DNA from: Octopus sinensis
Lineage: Eukaryota
NCBI RefSeq assembly: GCF_006345805.1
Contig: NC_043004.1
Span: 87,420,001 to 87,484,000 of the forward strand
Direction: 5' to 3'
Length of the DNA stretch: 64,000 nucleotides
Part shown: positions 37,449-51,095 of the stretch, piece by piece
Numbering within the stretch: the first letter of the stretch is position 1
How the letters are laid out: the number at the start of each line of letters is the position of its first letter
The notes under the pieces: generated by a model
The model's input: the letters and a program-made list of their open reading frames with translations, nothing else
Database searches by the model: none
What the model was told of the DNA's origin: nothing
Position numbers and translations under genes: made by a program

Positions 37449-40031
37449 CTGAAGAAGAAAGGCAGTGACAAATAGCATACGTATGCTCTGTAAAACATAA
37501 ACAGGGAGTGTATTCCATATGGTTGTGGTTCTGGTAAAGAAGGATTAGGAAAAGCATTTAGTATTATGGGTTTGAATGCCTTTAATAGAGTTCAGTGGCG
37601 TAAGCATTTAGACAAGGTCTCTGGTCTGAGAATAACTTATACACATCCAGGTGAGAGGTGAGTGACAGGGAGGACGGAATCTATGCAAGCACAGAAATTA
37701 GCTTTTGGAATGAAGTTAGAACTGTTGTCTGGACAGCAAAGATAGATTGAAGACAGAGATTGGGAAATTTGTATCTTGGAGAGGAATAGGATAAATGATT
37801 TGCATTTGACTAATTATCCATGGATAATTGGCGAAGAGGAGGGAAATTGTCCAAAGGGTTTATTAATTATTTTCTTTTTGGGGACAAGTAGGTGATGGTG
37901 TATTAATTTCTTCCTCTGTTTCCCTGCTACAAGTCTCAGAGGTTATTCAAAAAGAAATGGTGAAGGGCTCTGTATTCCATACCATGACTCAGAACAAAAA
38001 AACAAAACAAACCCACAACAGAATAAGGAGGGAATAATTAAAAGAAAAAGATAGGTATATCAAAGTATCAAAGGAAACATGGGATGTTTCAAGAAGCAGA
38101 TGAGATTGTAGGTGTAGTAATTGTAAAGAGACATAGGAAAAGTACTAGATTTCAGGGGAGTAGTGGTTAGGGTAGATTGGTAAATGAAGGTTGCTTATCT
38201 GTCAGTGGGTCATTATTTTGGATGCGGAAGGTAATAGTGGGAAGTGGTGGTGTTCGTGATGATGAAGAAATTGTATTTTTAATACTAAATTACAATGAAA
38301 CAGAATAAATTATATATATAATTTCACTGTATTTAAGAGACCAGGGATTCATTTATCTCAATCATATCATTTTCTTGTATGAATGATTCTAAATTTATTT
38401 TATCTCTTTCAGGGAATTTATGAAAAATGTATACAGCAAATAAGATGCAACAAATTTGATTAAATCCTGAAACACATATGGCTGCCTCAAAGCATTTGAT
38501 GTTCTGTATGGTGATAACCTTACTGCAAATTATTGAATGGAAATAGCATTCATAGCTGTTGATAAATGTGTAATTGAATGCAGCCACAAATGCTAATCAT
38601 TAAAGACTACAGACACTTATCCTTGCAATATCTGTAGATATTCAAACATAATATTTCAATAGATTAGCAGAGCACTCTTTACTGAATATTAAAACAAGAC
38701 AGATTAAAAAAAAACCCATGTAGATATCTTGCATAAATGTGAGATATAAGAGAGAAAGATAAATAAAATTAGAGGCAGAGATTTCAAAAATGATAGTGAA
38801 AATATTTTTTGTTTTGGTAGGGAAGAATGAAATTAGCAAAGTGTGGAAAGCAAAAGCTATTGTAGTAACAGAAGAGATGATATGTAAAAATTGTTGGTTA
38901 GAGTTTGCATTTCTTTAGATACTGTCTAGTTATCAAGGAGTTTGAACAATGTTATAGAAGTAGTCTATAGTTAGATGTATCTATACTTTGTAAAGTAAGT
39001 ATGTTCAGTGATGAAGTTCTTTATCTCTAAAGAGTGAAGAACTGTTCTCTATATGAAATGATGTTATTTTTGTTGTACTATTTTCTGTACTGAGTAGTTA
39101 ATAAATGTCAACATATTTCCTATGTTTATACAATTATAAGTTTTCAGACTATTAAGTTCATCATTAGGGATGACATATCTAATGTTCACATCTACTACTA
39201 CTATAACAAAAACATATCAATCCTTTGAACCCCACTGTTGCTCTTCTAATATAATGTAGTTCTATCATGAATGGCATAAAAAGTTCTCTCTTTTTTTTTT
39301 CTGAGTAGGAGGCACATCATTCCACCTAGTTTGATATCACCATCTAACCCTTGGTTTCCTTCACTGGAGATCCAGCCTTATTCTAGAAAAAAAAGGGAAA
39401 CCCTCTGGACAATTTTCCTCCTCTAGTTATTCCATGGATTTTGTTCCAACTCAAATCTCACTTATTTCTTTGTCACATGCAAACTCACATCCTATTACTC
39501 TCCTAGGCACAGATCTGTCAACTCCATCACTGCTGTCCTGCCAACACTTTCTATTATTACTTAATCCTAAAGGATGGTGGCTGTGCTTACATAGATTCCA
39601 TTTTCCCTGCCATTCAACTGGATATCGACAATAGCTTCTAGTCACTCTGACCCAAAGCCTCTCTCCCACAATCCCCAAAATACATCTGTTCTTTTTATTG
39701 TTCTCCTAACTCCTTAAACTACCAGCTTCTCTTCAACTATATCTCCTCAGTTGAGGTTATATATCTCAATCCCTCACCAAAGCCATTATCTTCAGTGACT
39801 TCAGTGTTCACTAGTGACTCTCTCACTCAATTCACATTGATGTGAAGAAGCAGATAAAAAGATTCACCAAAGTTATTTGGATATATTTAGTAAGTGACAG
39901 AACTGAATGGGAAAATAAAACATTACAAATCTGTTAAGATTCCAAAGGAGATATTAGAAAACATTCCCTGAATTTATTTCACATGAGAGATGCCATAAAA
40001 GGTAACAGATGATACAGAAGAAAACACTTAC

Positions 40032-40076
40032 TTCAGCATTATAAAATTTTGTCTTAACATCAAGGGGTTTCAAGAC
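40032..40076 (-). CDS. TRAPPC13: TRAPPC13 exon, VLKPLDVKTKFYNAE
   Basis: ttttttttacag| acceptor and |gtaagt donor; 45 nt, phase 0/0. Identical to the human peptide as I recall it. Confidence 0.96.
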
Positions 40077-41373
40077 CTGTAAAAAAAACATTTAGAGAGT
40101 CAAAGCTAAAATCAATACTGCAATCACATGCTTAATATTAAAAAAAAGTAAATAAAAATTAAAGAGAAGTAGAGGTTGAAATATTTTCATATTTATTTTT
40201 AATTCTATTGAAAAAATAATATCATCCTGGAGGAGCTTTCTACTTTCACTTTTACTGTAGTTGGTAATGTCTTAAGAAAAGGTAGAAATCTCACTACTTG
40301 TTTTCCTTCCTAAAATTCTGATGAGTCTTATTTCTTTTTTGACATTTCAACTGCTTTGATTTGTATTTCTTCAAATTTACTCCACTCATTGAAGCAGCCT
40401 AGCATGAATTCTGCCTGAGTGACTAAGATATTTACTAATACAATAATAAATTAATAATAATAATAAAACAATAACAAAAGCAACACACAGTTTAATGAAA
40501 AACACTGATAAGATAGTGGAAAAAGTACGCTATTATTAAGATATTTTCTGAATGAATTGAAACCTTAGTTTTGACACGAAGTATTTTATTGTTTTTATAT
40601 GGGATGTGTTTCTTCAAAGTTATGTTAGCACCTTAAAATTTATAAAAGATTTTATCAGAAGATTTTACCAAATTCTTAAATTACCTATTTTGTTTTCTCT
40701 ATATCAGTGGTAGAAGTCTATTAAAAAAGAAATAATAAATAATGTTCTTCACATAAGGCCCCACTGCACAAAACTGATTTGTATTGTTCACAATTTTCAC
40801 TTACTGACATAGCATTACATTGAAGGTAACTGCCTAGCAACTCATTTAATAAACACAGGTAATATTATATCAGATGGTTGCATACAAGCCATTGTGCTAA
40901 TATACTTTAACATTTAAGACTGCAAAAAGTATGTAAACAATTTGATATTGTCACATGAAAGGGAATAGGCTTTCCATAATCATAACACATATCTGAGTAC
41001 TTTTGCTTATCACTTGAACATCTCAGATTTCAATTTCATTTAATAGACTGTATCTAATGCACAAAAAAATGTGCTTTCTTTTACTTGACAATATTGGCAA
41101 TTGTTTGCCAGTGTTTTTCATAAAGAGCTAATAAACTATATCAAATTCCACCATGTTGTGTGTATGAAATGTCTTCATAATAACAATGTTTGACAATATC
41201 AAATGGTTTTACCTACATTTTCATCATAGACTGGAGATCTATATTTATACGATTGCCCTATTTATTACACGAGATGTCTTAAAAACAATGAGTGCTTACA
41301 AGAATATGAAAAACATGTGATATTTTTATGACCTAGCTAATCAGAAAAGATTAGCTTTACTTATAAAACTCAC

Positions 41374-41446
41374 CTGAAATTTGAAGAACTTGCGGAAAGC
41401 CATTTTATCACCAGATTCCGTGACATAACTAACTGCACACACCAGA
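41374..41446 (-). CDS. TRAPPC13: TRAPPC13 exon, (I)[24 protein letters not shown]
   Basis: tttttggttacag| acceptor and |gtgagt donor; 73 nt. Matches [24 protein letters not shown]. Confidence 0.96.
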
Positions 41447-44239
41447 CTGTAACCAAAAATAGATAATGTTGTTTTGAGTGAAATGAATATTTATTAATAA
41501 AACATTTATAAGATATAAATATGAAGAAACTAAAACTCCAAGATAAAATGAAGACCCAAATTTCCCATTCACTTCATGAGACATCATTTCACAGTTGGTA
41601 CACTTTATAAGAAGCACTATGGCAAAATACGAATGAATTTAGAATTAACAATGTGTTTGGCTTTATTTCTTGTTCACCCTTTTTCCTCTATGTTTGAAGC
41701 ATGATATCTCTATGAAATATGATGGATAGATTGCTGATCCTAAGTCATGGGCTCACATTCTGCTTGATTACTCAATTTATTTCAATCTATATACCTGCTG
41801 ATACTCTCCATTCCACGGCAGGGTGACTAATATTAGGAAAGCATCCACATGTTAATACCAGCCTCAGTAAGTCATACAAGTATTTGAATGTAAATAGTTT
41901 GGAAATTTAGTAAACCAGGTATAATAATATTTAAAAATGAGTTTACAAAGTACTTTGTTAATTAGGAATTTTCTAGTAAGATGAAGCAGGTGTAAAAGAG
42001 ACTATATTTTATAGCCCTCATATATATTTTTCAATAAGGACTTAACAGCCATAAAGTGCAGACATTATGCATGCCAGGAAAAGCAGAAAGAAAAAAAAGA
42101 CTAAAAAAGAGCACCTATGTTTTGACTTTATGAGATCTAACTACAGTTAAAGAAAAATCCCTGAGAAACAATTATTTTAGGAATATAGCATAAATAATCC
42201 AATGACCCAATAAGCTAATAAAAAAAAAGCTAAAAATAAAAAAAAGTAAACAATAGCTCAACAACACAAGACAAGAAAAATGAAAAGAAAAAAAGTAATA
42301 TAAGAAAAGGAAAAAATATAAAAGAGCAAGTATTTTTTTGTGTCTAGCAACTACTGTCTCAGAAGAATCTGAGAACGAGTTATTAATAATACATGGAAAA
42401 ATATATTAATGTTTATTATTATTAATGTTAATCATCATCATTGTCATCGCCATTATTATTATTATAGTAAATTAAGAAAATATTGTGTTGTTGTTTAGTT
42501 GTATGTCAGCCCTGATGAAGAAGACTTGTGTCATGTAGGTAGTTGGTCAAGCAACAAAATGTGATCCAGAAATTCAATGTTCCAGATAAGTCATGAATAG
42601 TATGGGCTTAGTTAAGGCCCATACTATATATTAACATAACAACAGTTAATAGTATAGGGTATAGCATTACAGTCTAGGTATGTTGCACTCTCTCCACTGC
42701 CTGCTGTATATCTCCTGCTGTTGTTTAACCACATTAAGTCATCTCTAATTAAGCAGGCTTAAGATGAAAAGTGTTCCAGCTGAGACTGCCCAATGTGGAT
42801 GGTTGGTTTTTTTTTTAAGACAGCAGATTGCGCTTTAACAGAATTCTGGCTGCTATTTCTAACAGGTTGAGTAACTATATAAAATTATTTCTGTTGGCCA
42901 AATATGGTGCCTATGCATATGTGTATCCATTTACTTTCTTTAGTATATCCTGAACATGTGCTCTTACATGTTGCACAAGTATTTGTATGTAATTCCTAGT
43001 ATTTTTGTCTTGTGGGTGTTGAGTGTGATTGTTGGTTGTATATAATGTTCTCTAGAGTTGTAAGCAAGAAAGGAAATGATAGGTTTGGCAAGTCTGTTGT
43101 TTTGAAGTTCAGTTTCTAGGTGATTGACATAGAATTAGAGTAGTTTGGAGTAGTTTTGCTTGTGTCTGAACAATGGTCTAAGGATGATACTGTAATTTTA
43201 TCTGCTTTTGAAGATGTGTGGATGTTTTGAGCAGGTCATATGGGTCAAGGGTTAAAAAGAAAATGAGCGAAAGAACAAAACATTGTGGTACTCCACCCAA
43301 AGAATTAAAAATTCTAATTGTTTTGTTGTACTTTCAAAACAATGTATCAATCACAATCTGGTGCAGTGTGCTTGTGACTATAGTGCTATATTTTGGTAAA
43401 CCTTGACTTCCATTCTAATAAATCACCTCACATCATGTCAGTATTTTATCTACATAAGCTAACAGGTGGATCAATGACTGATGAGATGTGATGATTTACA
43501 TATTAAAATTTATGCGCAATAAATTGGTTACATTTCTACAATGCACAAAATATTTTAACAATTTTTAAAAATATAATTCGTTTGGCGTTAGGAAGGGCAT
43601 CCAGCTGTAGAAACATTGCCAGATCAGACTGGGCCTGGTGCAGCCTTCTGGCTTCCCAGACCCCAGTTGAACCGTCCAACCCATGCTAGCATGGAAAGCG
43701 GATGCTAAATGATGATGATGATGATGATAATAATTCCTAATAATATTTAATTATAAAAATATAATAGGATTTTTTTAAACATTGAATGGGTATGAAGGTC
43801 CAGTAGAGTAAAAAATAGGAATCAAAAGGGTCCATTGATAAAGAAATGGTTGAGAAACACTGATCTATATCTAGTTGGCTGGGTGATTTGTTGCAAAATG
43901 GACAATGAGGGATTTGGAAGAGTTGTAGGTCTGTGTGAAATTGTTTCAAATAGGGGGGGGGGGTATTTATGAAGGACTTTTCTAATGTTGCAGTTAGCAT
44001 ATGAAGGGGACAATTGAATTGTGTACAATTTCACAAGTGATAACAGCATTTCTAATTGGGAAGAACATCTACTGAAAACGATCCCAAATTTGGACAACCT
44101 GTGAAGAAAACAGATGGTGATCAAATTGTGAAGGCGTTTACTATGATCTGTAAAAATTATCATCTGAATATCCACAGTATTTCTAAAAAAAGTACATGTT
44201 TGTATAATTTTATGCTACAAGACTTTAGAAGAAAATTTG

Positions 44240-45045
44240 GAGATGCATCAGATAGCTGTTAAAAGTCTGCTGAGAGGTGAACAAAAAGAGAATTCAGCCA
44301 GTCAGAAGTTGTTTGATCATTAGAATGCTGATGAAAACTTTCTGAAAGTGATATAACTGGTGATGAATCAAGGGGTGAAGACTACAGTGTTGAACAGAAA
44401 GTTGGTTGATGAAGTGAGGAGTTGGATCAGTGTCACTGGATAATAATAGAAATAAAATATAAAAGAGGGCACTGGGTTGTTCAAATGAGAAAGTGACGTT
44501 GATCATCATTTTTGATCAGAGGAGTGTCATTCACATGAGTTTGTTCCATAAGGTCAAATGAACAGTAATGAGTTTTATTAGGCTGTCCTGAGACATTTGA
44601 AAGAAGCCGTGTAAAAGAGAGGCTTGAAGCATGGGCAGACAAACCTTGAATGCTGCAGCACTACAATACATCTACTCATGCATCACTCCTTGTTTGTGAC
44701 ATTTTGGTAAAGTACAAGACAACTCTCAGTTCACTCCCAGTTGCCCTTCACTCTGGATTTGGTCTCTGCGAACCTTTTTGTTTCATGAGTTTGAATTTTT
44801 TCCCCCAAATAGTTACTGATTTCAAACAACAGAAGAGATCAAAGAAAATTTACTATTAGAACTGTGCACTACCCATGGAAAAAAATTTGGGAGGCATTCC
44901 AAAACTGGAAAAAAAAAATAGTGGGAGAGTTGTACCAACAGGGCAATGAACTATTTTGGACAAGACAAATCTGATTAAATTGTAATTAAAGCAATAATGC
45001 GATTTTAAAAAAAAGTCTTGGTTTTGTTTTGGACAGATCTTGTAT
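44240..45045 (+). mobile_element. Decayed mariner transposase and right end
   Basis: Frameshifted translation gives DENFLKV-ITGDES, KVTLIIIFDQR, HEFVP, AVLRHLKEAV and LQHYNTSTHASLLVCDILVK (compare the mariner motifs LHHDNAPAH and YSPDL). Confidence 0.75.
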
Positions 45046-47321
45046 ACAACATAGTCTTGGCAAGCTGAGAGACAGTTTGCTAGTCAGCATTTTCTTTTGT
45101 TTCTTAAGGAGGTGTTAAGTATTTTGTTTATAAGTAGTTAATGGGGAATGGAGCCAAAAGCTTTGCTGATGTTAACAGTAATTAGGATAGTCTAGCTGGG
45201 TGGCTTTTTTTCTTTTTGTGGTTGTTCAAACCATTAGTATTTTTGTGTAAGGTTTAGGAGTGGTGAGGTGGTTGGAGTGTCTGAATCCATACTGTGTGTT
45301 AGAGACAGAAATATGTGGGCTGGTGATGTCCAGGATTTTTTAGGGCATGCATATGTGGGTGATAGATCTGTGGCAATATTCTGATTGATTTTTTATTGAG
45401 CTTTAAAATTGTTTTGAGTTGTCCATTTTCAGATTTTGGTATTTGGCTGTATTGATATGAATAGTTGAAAGTGATTGTAAGTGCAGTATTTCCTTTGGTT
45501 GTATGCTAGTGATTTTGTCAGTGATGTTCTTAAGATTTTGGATTTCCCTTTTGCTTTTCTGCTATCTGTTAGAAGGAAGAGGCCAAAACTATGACGTAGG
45601 TAGAAGGCATATATCTTAAGTTTCTATTTTCTATATGCATTCTTTTGGTAGTTGATCTTGGAAAAGTGCTTGTTGCTGGAGCATGAGTATGTTACTTGAA
45701 GTTGTTATTGTGACATGTGATGCGATGAGGCCTTTGTGGATGTCGATGCCACTAATTACTTTGTGCAATTTTTAATGCTTGTTTTGTGGTTTATGTTGGA
45801 TGCAAATGTTTGCCAGTTTGCTTTTCTTTGTCTAGTTGCTTGATGCTTGATTTTATTTCTGTAATGCATCATTGTTGGTGTATTATGTTTGAGGTTGTCC
45901 CAAGTTTTTTCAGGTTAACTTTTCAGGTTGTATTTTTTTAACGCTGCCTCAAATGACATGTTTTTGAAAACGCTTACAATTACTCTGTGGAATACGTGTG
46001 GTGCAGTGTCTATTATGTCAGAGAATTTAGTGTTGAGTTATGCAAGTCTTAATCCAGTCTTTCAATGAAAAGCGGTTCTATTGCTCTTTTTGCTAATAAA
46101 AGTATTAGTCTTGTTCACTGATGAGCATGTTTTAATCATAGATGTGTGGCAAGTGGAGATTCAGTGGGATATTTAGCAGTTTATTTTTAATGGTTAGGCA
46201 TGTGAAGCAGAAAGGGATCCATGGTGAGGTGTTATTGTAATTGGATTAATTAGTGGAGTGTGTCAGTGTGGATTGTTTAGGATACGTAATGCTCTTGTGC
46301 AATAACTAGTGTTATCTGCATTGATGCTGTACCCCATGATGTTTGGTAGTGTTTAAGGGTGTTGTGGTTGGGGTATGTAACTTTGTAGGATGTTAGCTGA
46401 GGTTGGGTGGTATGTATACGTTTATGTTAATGTGTCTTGTTTTGTTGGTTTTTACTTTAAATGCTCAATCTCTTGTTGAGGTTCCTTACTAATTTTTTGT
46501 TATCATTTGAGCTATCTACATACTTACATGGTGCATGGTTTTATATATATATTATGAGGCCTCCACTACAGTTTAACTCATCTTCTCTCATTACTAAGAT
46601 TATGATTGTTAGTGTTTATATTACTATATATTTAGATGTTGTAACAGTTGGAGACCTCAATTTAATTTACACATTTTATCTCTTTGAACTTTAATACACA
46701 TAAACAACAGCTCACTCACTTATTCACATATTTATTTCTACCATCATGTTTTTTAATGTTTCTTTTCTTTCAAAGAATTACAATTTTTTAAATATGTCAC
46801 TACACTTGATTATTTTTTAGCTAATGTATTTTCATTCAAAATAATTATTAGCCTGATGGAAGGAGAGTGGCCGAGTTCCTTTCAAGTATTGTGCTTCAGG
46901 GAGGCAAAGTGGTTGAGTTCCTTTTGAGTGTTGGGCCTCACAGAGACAGTGACCAAGACCTTTGGTATTATGTTGTACTTGAGAAGAGGACCCATCAAGC
47001 TGAGCAAAATCGCAGTTGTGGCAGATACCGGTGTCATGCAAATGGCACCCGTACTGGTGGCATGTAAAAGCACCCATTACACTTACAAAGTAGTTGGCAT
47101 TAGAAAGGGCATCCAGCTGTAGAAAACCATGCCAAATCAGACTGGAGCCTGGTGTGGCCTTCCAGCGTGCCAGCCCAGTCAAACTGTCCAACCCATACCA
47201 GCTTGGACAATGGACATTAAATGATGATGATGATGATGATTCTATGGTTTACAAATAAATTGTGCTTTTTATTTTTGTAGTGCATTTATTTCTATTAATA
47301 CAGTTAACTTAATCATCCAAA

Positions 47322-47578
47322 CCTGTTATTTTCAACCATTTTTAAAATATAGACCCCTCTGATCCCTATTTTACCTGGGTAGACCCTCATAGCCATTTGA
47401 TATTTTAAAAAATCCTGTTATATTTCTATAATTAAATATTATAAAAAATTGCATAAAAGAATTGTTAAAATATTTTGTATATTGTAAAAGAATAACCAAT
47501 TTCTTGCACATAAATTTTAACACCAAAATCTTATATGAGCCTACAAGGGCCATACGGACCCAAGTTGAGAACCACTGA
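47322..47578. mobile_element. hAT-like MITE (end ...GTTGAGAACCACTG); a related copy at about 43440-43862 is interrupted by a SINE
   Basis: CAGTG(G/T)TTCTCAAC-type terminus; the internal AT-rich sequence is shared between the two copies in opposite orientation. Confidence 0.55.
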
Positions 47579-48989
47579 GCTAAACCAAAATGCACCAATA
47601 GCTTGTCTTAAACAAAATCAGTTTTACAAGCTTGATTAGTTCTTATTTGTTTTATTCCCAAGGTGAGTTCAAATGAACACAAGTTCAAACCTTACTATAG
47701 CTGTTGTATAGTATATCTGTGCAGGTAATGCAACTCTACATGCCTCAGTATGTCTTTCAAAACAGCTCCAACTCCTATTTGGTGGTTTAATGGCTGGAAG
47801 GGCATCCAGCAGTAAAAAAAAAAAAAAAAACTGCTCCTGTATGGATCAGCAAGGTGGCCACTACATGGTTACTCAACCAGCTAGATATAGCAGTTAAATC
47901 TCACCTAAATTACATCTTTAAAAAATAGGATGCACTGGATCATGTAACCCTGGATACTCTTACTAATATGGGATGGCCACGATTGGAATGTAATTAATCA
48001 GGTCTAACCAGAAGATAAACAACAAACACAATAACTGCACCAATAGCATGCATATATTCAGGTATACAAAATCCATTCTGTATATTTCCTCCTCTTGAAA
48101 GCTCCTTCCACTTAGCGACTTCACTGGTGCTAGTGACATAAAAAAAAAAAAGCATCCAGTACGCACTGTAAAGTGGTTGGCATTAGAAGGAGCCAAGTCG
48201 GAAAATAGACATTAATTGATTATAATGATGATGATATCCTAATATGGAAAAACAGATGGAAACAAAATCTCCATCTTAAACCATGGGATTAAGATTCATT
48301 TAGTTTTCAGTACTGAAATTAAATGAAACATGTTAGAATTTTATAAGAAAGCATTTCGTGCCGTTCTGCTAGTCAGCATAGAGATTTTGCCAAACTCTAG
48401 CAGCAGCAGTAGCCATAAGTGCTACTCTCATATAAAGAAGTGAAAAGATTATTATTATTATTTTTTGTTATTTGTTATCAGTTGCCATTATAGTTATCTC
48501 TTGATTTCTTGGTTGGAAAGTTCATAAGAGTGGAAAATGCTATTCTATTTTCTGAATGGATTTTGAAGTTTGTTAAAGAAAGGTATTTTAAATTTAAATA
48601 ATTTTTGCAACTAATTCTTAATACTTTTTGAAAATAACAGTTCTTTCAATGTATTTATATTTTGTAAACATGATTATTCAAAATATAGCAAAAAAAAAAA
48701 AAAAAAAAGAAGGAAAACATTCCACAAAGTTAAAAAATAATTGTCCTTATTTTGTTGCAGATAAGTATTTTCTACTGTGAAAATAAACTTAATTTTTATA
48801 AATAATTGCCATGGCACAACAAATAAGGAAGATGTACTTTGTGTCAGTTGTTGAATTTTTGTATAGTAATGGGTGTTGCTATGTGATAAAAGAGTCATTT
48901 TGAATCGGAAACTAAATTTTCAGGAAGCTTATTATTTTTGTAGATTTTGTAGTTTAGCTCTAGGTCAGTCTCCAGTACTTTTACTTTTT

Positions 48990-49334
48990 ACTTTTATTTG
49001 TTTCAGTCATTTGACAGTGGCCAGGCTGGAGCACTGCCTTTAGTCAAGCAAATTCTTTATAAGAATTCTATCGGGGTCTATAGCCAAACCTCTAAGTGAA
49101 GGGGATGTAAGCACACCAGCATTGGTTGTCAAGTGATGTTGGGGCGACAAACACACACACATATATATATGATGGGCTTCTTTCAGTTTTCGTCTACCAA
49201 ATCCACTCACAGGGCTTTAGTCAGCCCGAGGCTATAGTAGAAGATACTTGCCCAAGGTGCCATGCAGTGGGAGTGAACCCGGAAACATGTGGTTGGTAAG
49301 CAAGCTACTTACCACACAGGCACTCCTGTGCCTA
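48990..49334 (-). mobile_element. tRNA-derived SINE family B
   Basis: Same head and tail as 4445-4839. Confidence 0.8.
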
Positions 49335-51023
49335 TGTTTATGATTTAAAATATTCCAGCCATAATCATCCAATCTTTTTGTATTATCAGAGACTACACTG
49401 TTCAAAATATACTTCTTAATTTAAAATAGTAAGATGTGATTTGAGGGAGATTTTTAGCAGTTTGAATGAACATGTCGAAGTGCTCTTCTTATTGAATCCT
49501 TTAAAAGGGATGTGTACTCAAAATAATCAAATCCATTTGATCACACTGAACTGATGATTAGTTTATTCTTATAGTTTTAATGTTCACTTTTTCAAACGGG
49601 CATAAATTAGATAAAAGTGCAATATGACATTGCTGAGTTTCCTTGGCTTTGCTATATGATTTGTCACATTAACTACTTGGTTAGCCTAATGTTTTACACC
49701 AGGATAGCTGCTCATTTCACCCCTGAGTGTATTTATTCTGGTAGCAGGTAAAGTGGTTGCAACAAGACAAAGATCCTTTCTCTATATGTTTTTGGAATGG
49801 TTTCCCTATCCTGATGAAATATAGTCATTGCAGTTTAAGGAGCCTCATATCTCTGGCATAGTGATGATGAAAGATTCAGACTGAATTTATGTCTTGTTTA
49901 TTTAGTTGTGAGAGGGCTTGCAAAGGTTGTGAGCATAGCACCTCTATGATATTTAATTTATAATGTGGGAACCTACATGTGATTGCTTAACCTGGTAGAA
50001 ATAGCAGTTAAGTTTCCATTAACTATCACTACACCATCTATAAAAAAGAAGTAGGACTCACTGAATACATTTTCTCATACATAATCTGAATGCATTTGAT
50101 CATATATAGTCTGCTGAATCAGAGCTGAGCTGGGATTAAACAATAATAATAACTAATTTATATAAAAAAAATAATAATAAATAAATAAAATGTTGACCTT
50201 CATCCTTCTGTATACAATTTAAGCTACCACAATGAGGTTAGAATACTGGTCCATTTAAATGGATACCTGCATGTGGGTTTTTGATGTAAGAAGATCAATA
50301 CATAGGAATTGGCCACAACATTCTTCACAAGAGAACTATTAACAATATATTATCTAAGTAGAAGTCATTATCATCATCATTTAATGACCATGTTCTGTGC
50401 TGGCATAGGTTCTATTAGTTATACCTGTCACACCTGTGTATTGGAACCTATTTAATCATTTGGTCATCATGTAGTGACTCATATGGGAGATAAACTATGA
50501 ATATTCTCTCATTGCATTTTCCATGAAGAATTTGGATTCATTTACAGCAGGATAATGAAATACTTGTTAATTACATAGACACTTTGTTGCTTACTCTATG
50601 AGTGGTATCTTCCCATTGTACCCATTTACATGTAAGTGGACTAAAAATGGTATCTGATAAAATGTAACAAAATTGTTAGCTTCAGCAGGATTCAAACCAC
50701 ATCAGTTATAATCTATTAAAACATATGGCATAGTTTTGGTTGTGTACATAAGTTGGGGATGTTAATGTTAGCTAATTTTAACATTTTGGTGTCTGTATGT
50801 TAACATGCAGAGAATTACTCAGCCCAGTAAGGGTTAATTTTACAATGATATTGATAATATAAAAATAAAAATGAAAAAAAAAAGACATGGAAATAAAAAA
50901 TTCCTAGAAGATAATTGTAGTTTTTAAAATAGTCACTGGAAAAATGCTGAGTGTTAACTTGAAGAAAAAAAAAATAGGGAACAATTTTATTACCAGAAAG
51001 TCAAGTAATTCAAAAGACAAATT

Positions 51024-51095
<72 letters not shown>

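Noticed and set aside
38333-38587. 84-aa minus-strand ORF resembling a transmembrane segment plus acidic tail
   Set aside because: No recognisable homology. Its acceptor (38523) gives an immediate stop in TRAPPC13 phase, and no partner exons were found.
39007-39095. Box C/D snoRNA-like GTGATGA...CTGA spacing
   Set aside because: Antisense to the host gene, with no terminal stem and no recognisable rRNA guide.
42960-46450. GT-rich blocks (about 42960-43400 and 45050-46450) as host-gene exons
   Set aside because: Riddled with stops. A GVPQ-like RT remnant near 43285 on - suggests a decayed LINE, too degraded to classify.
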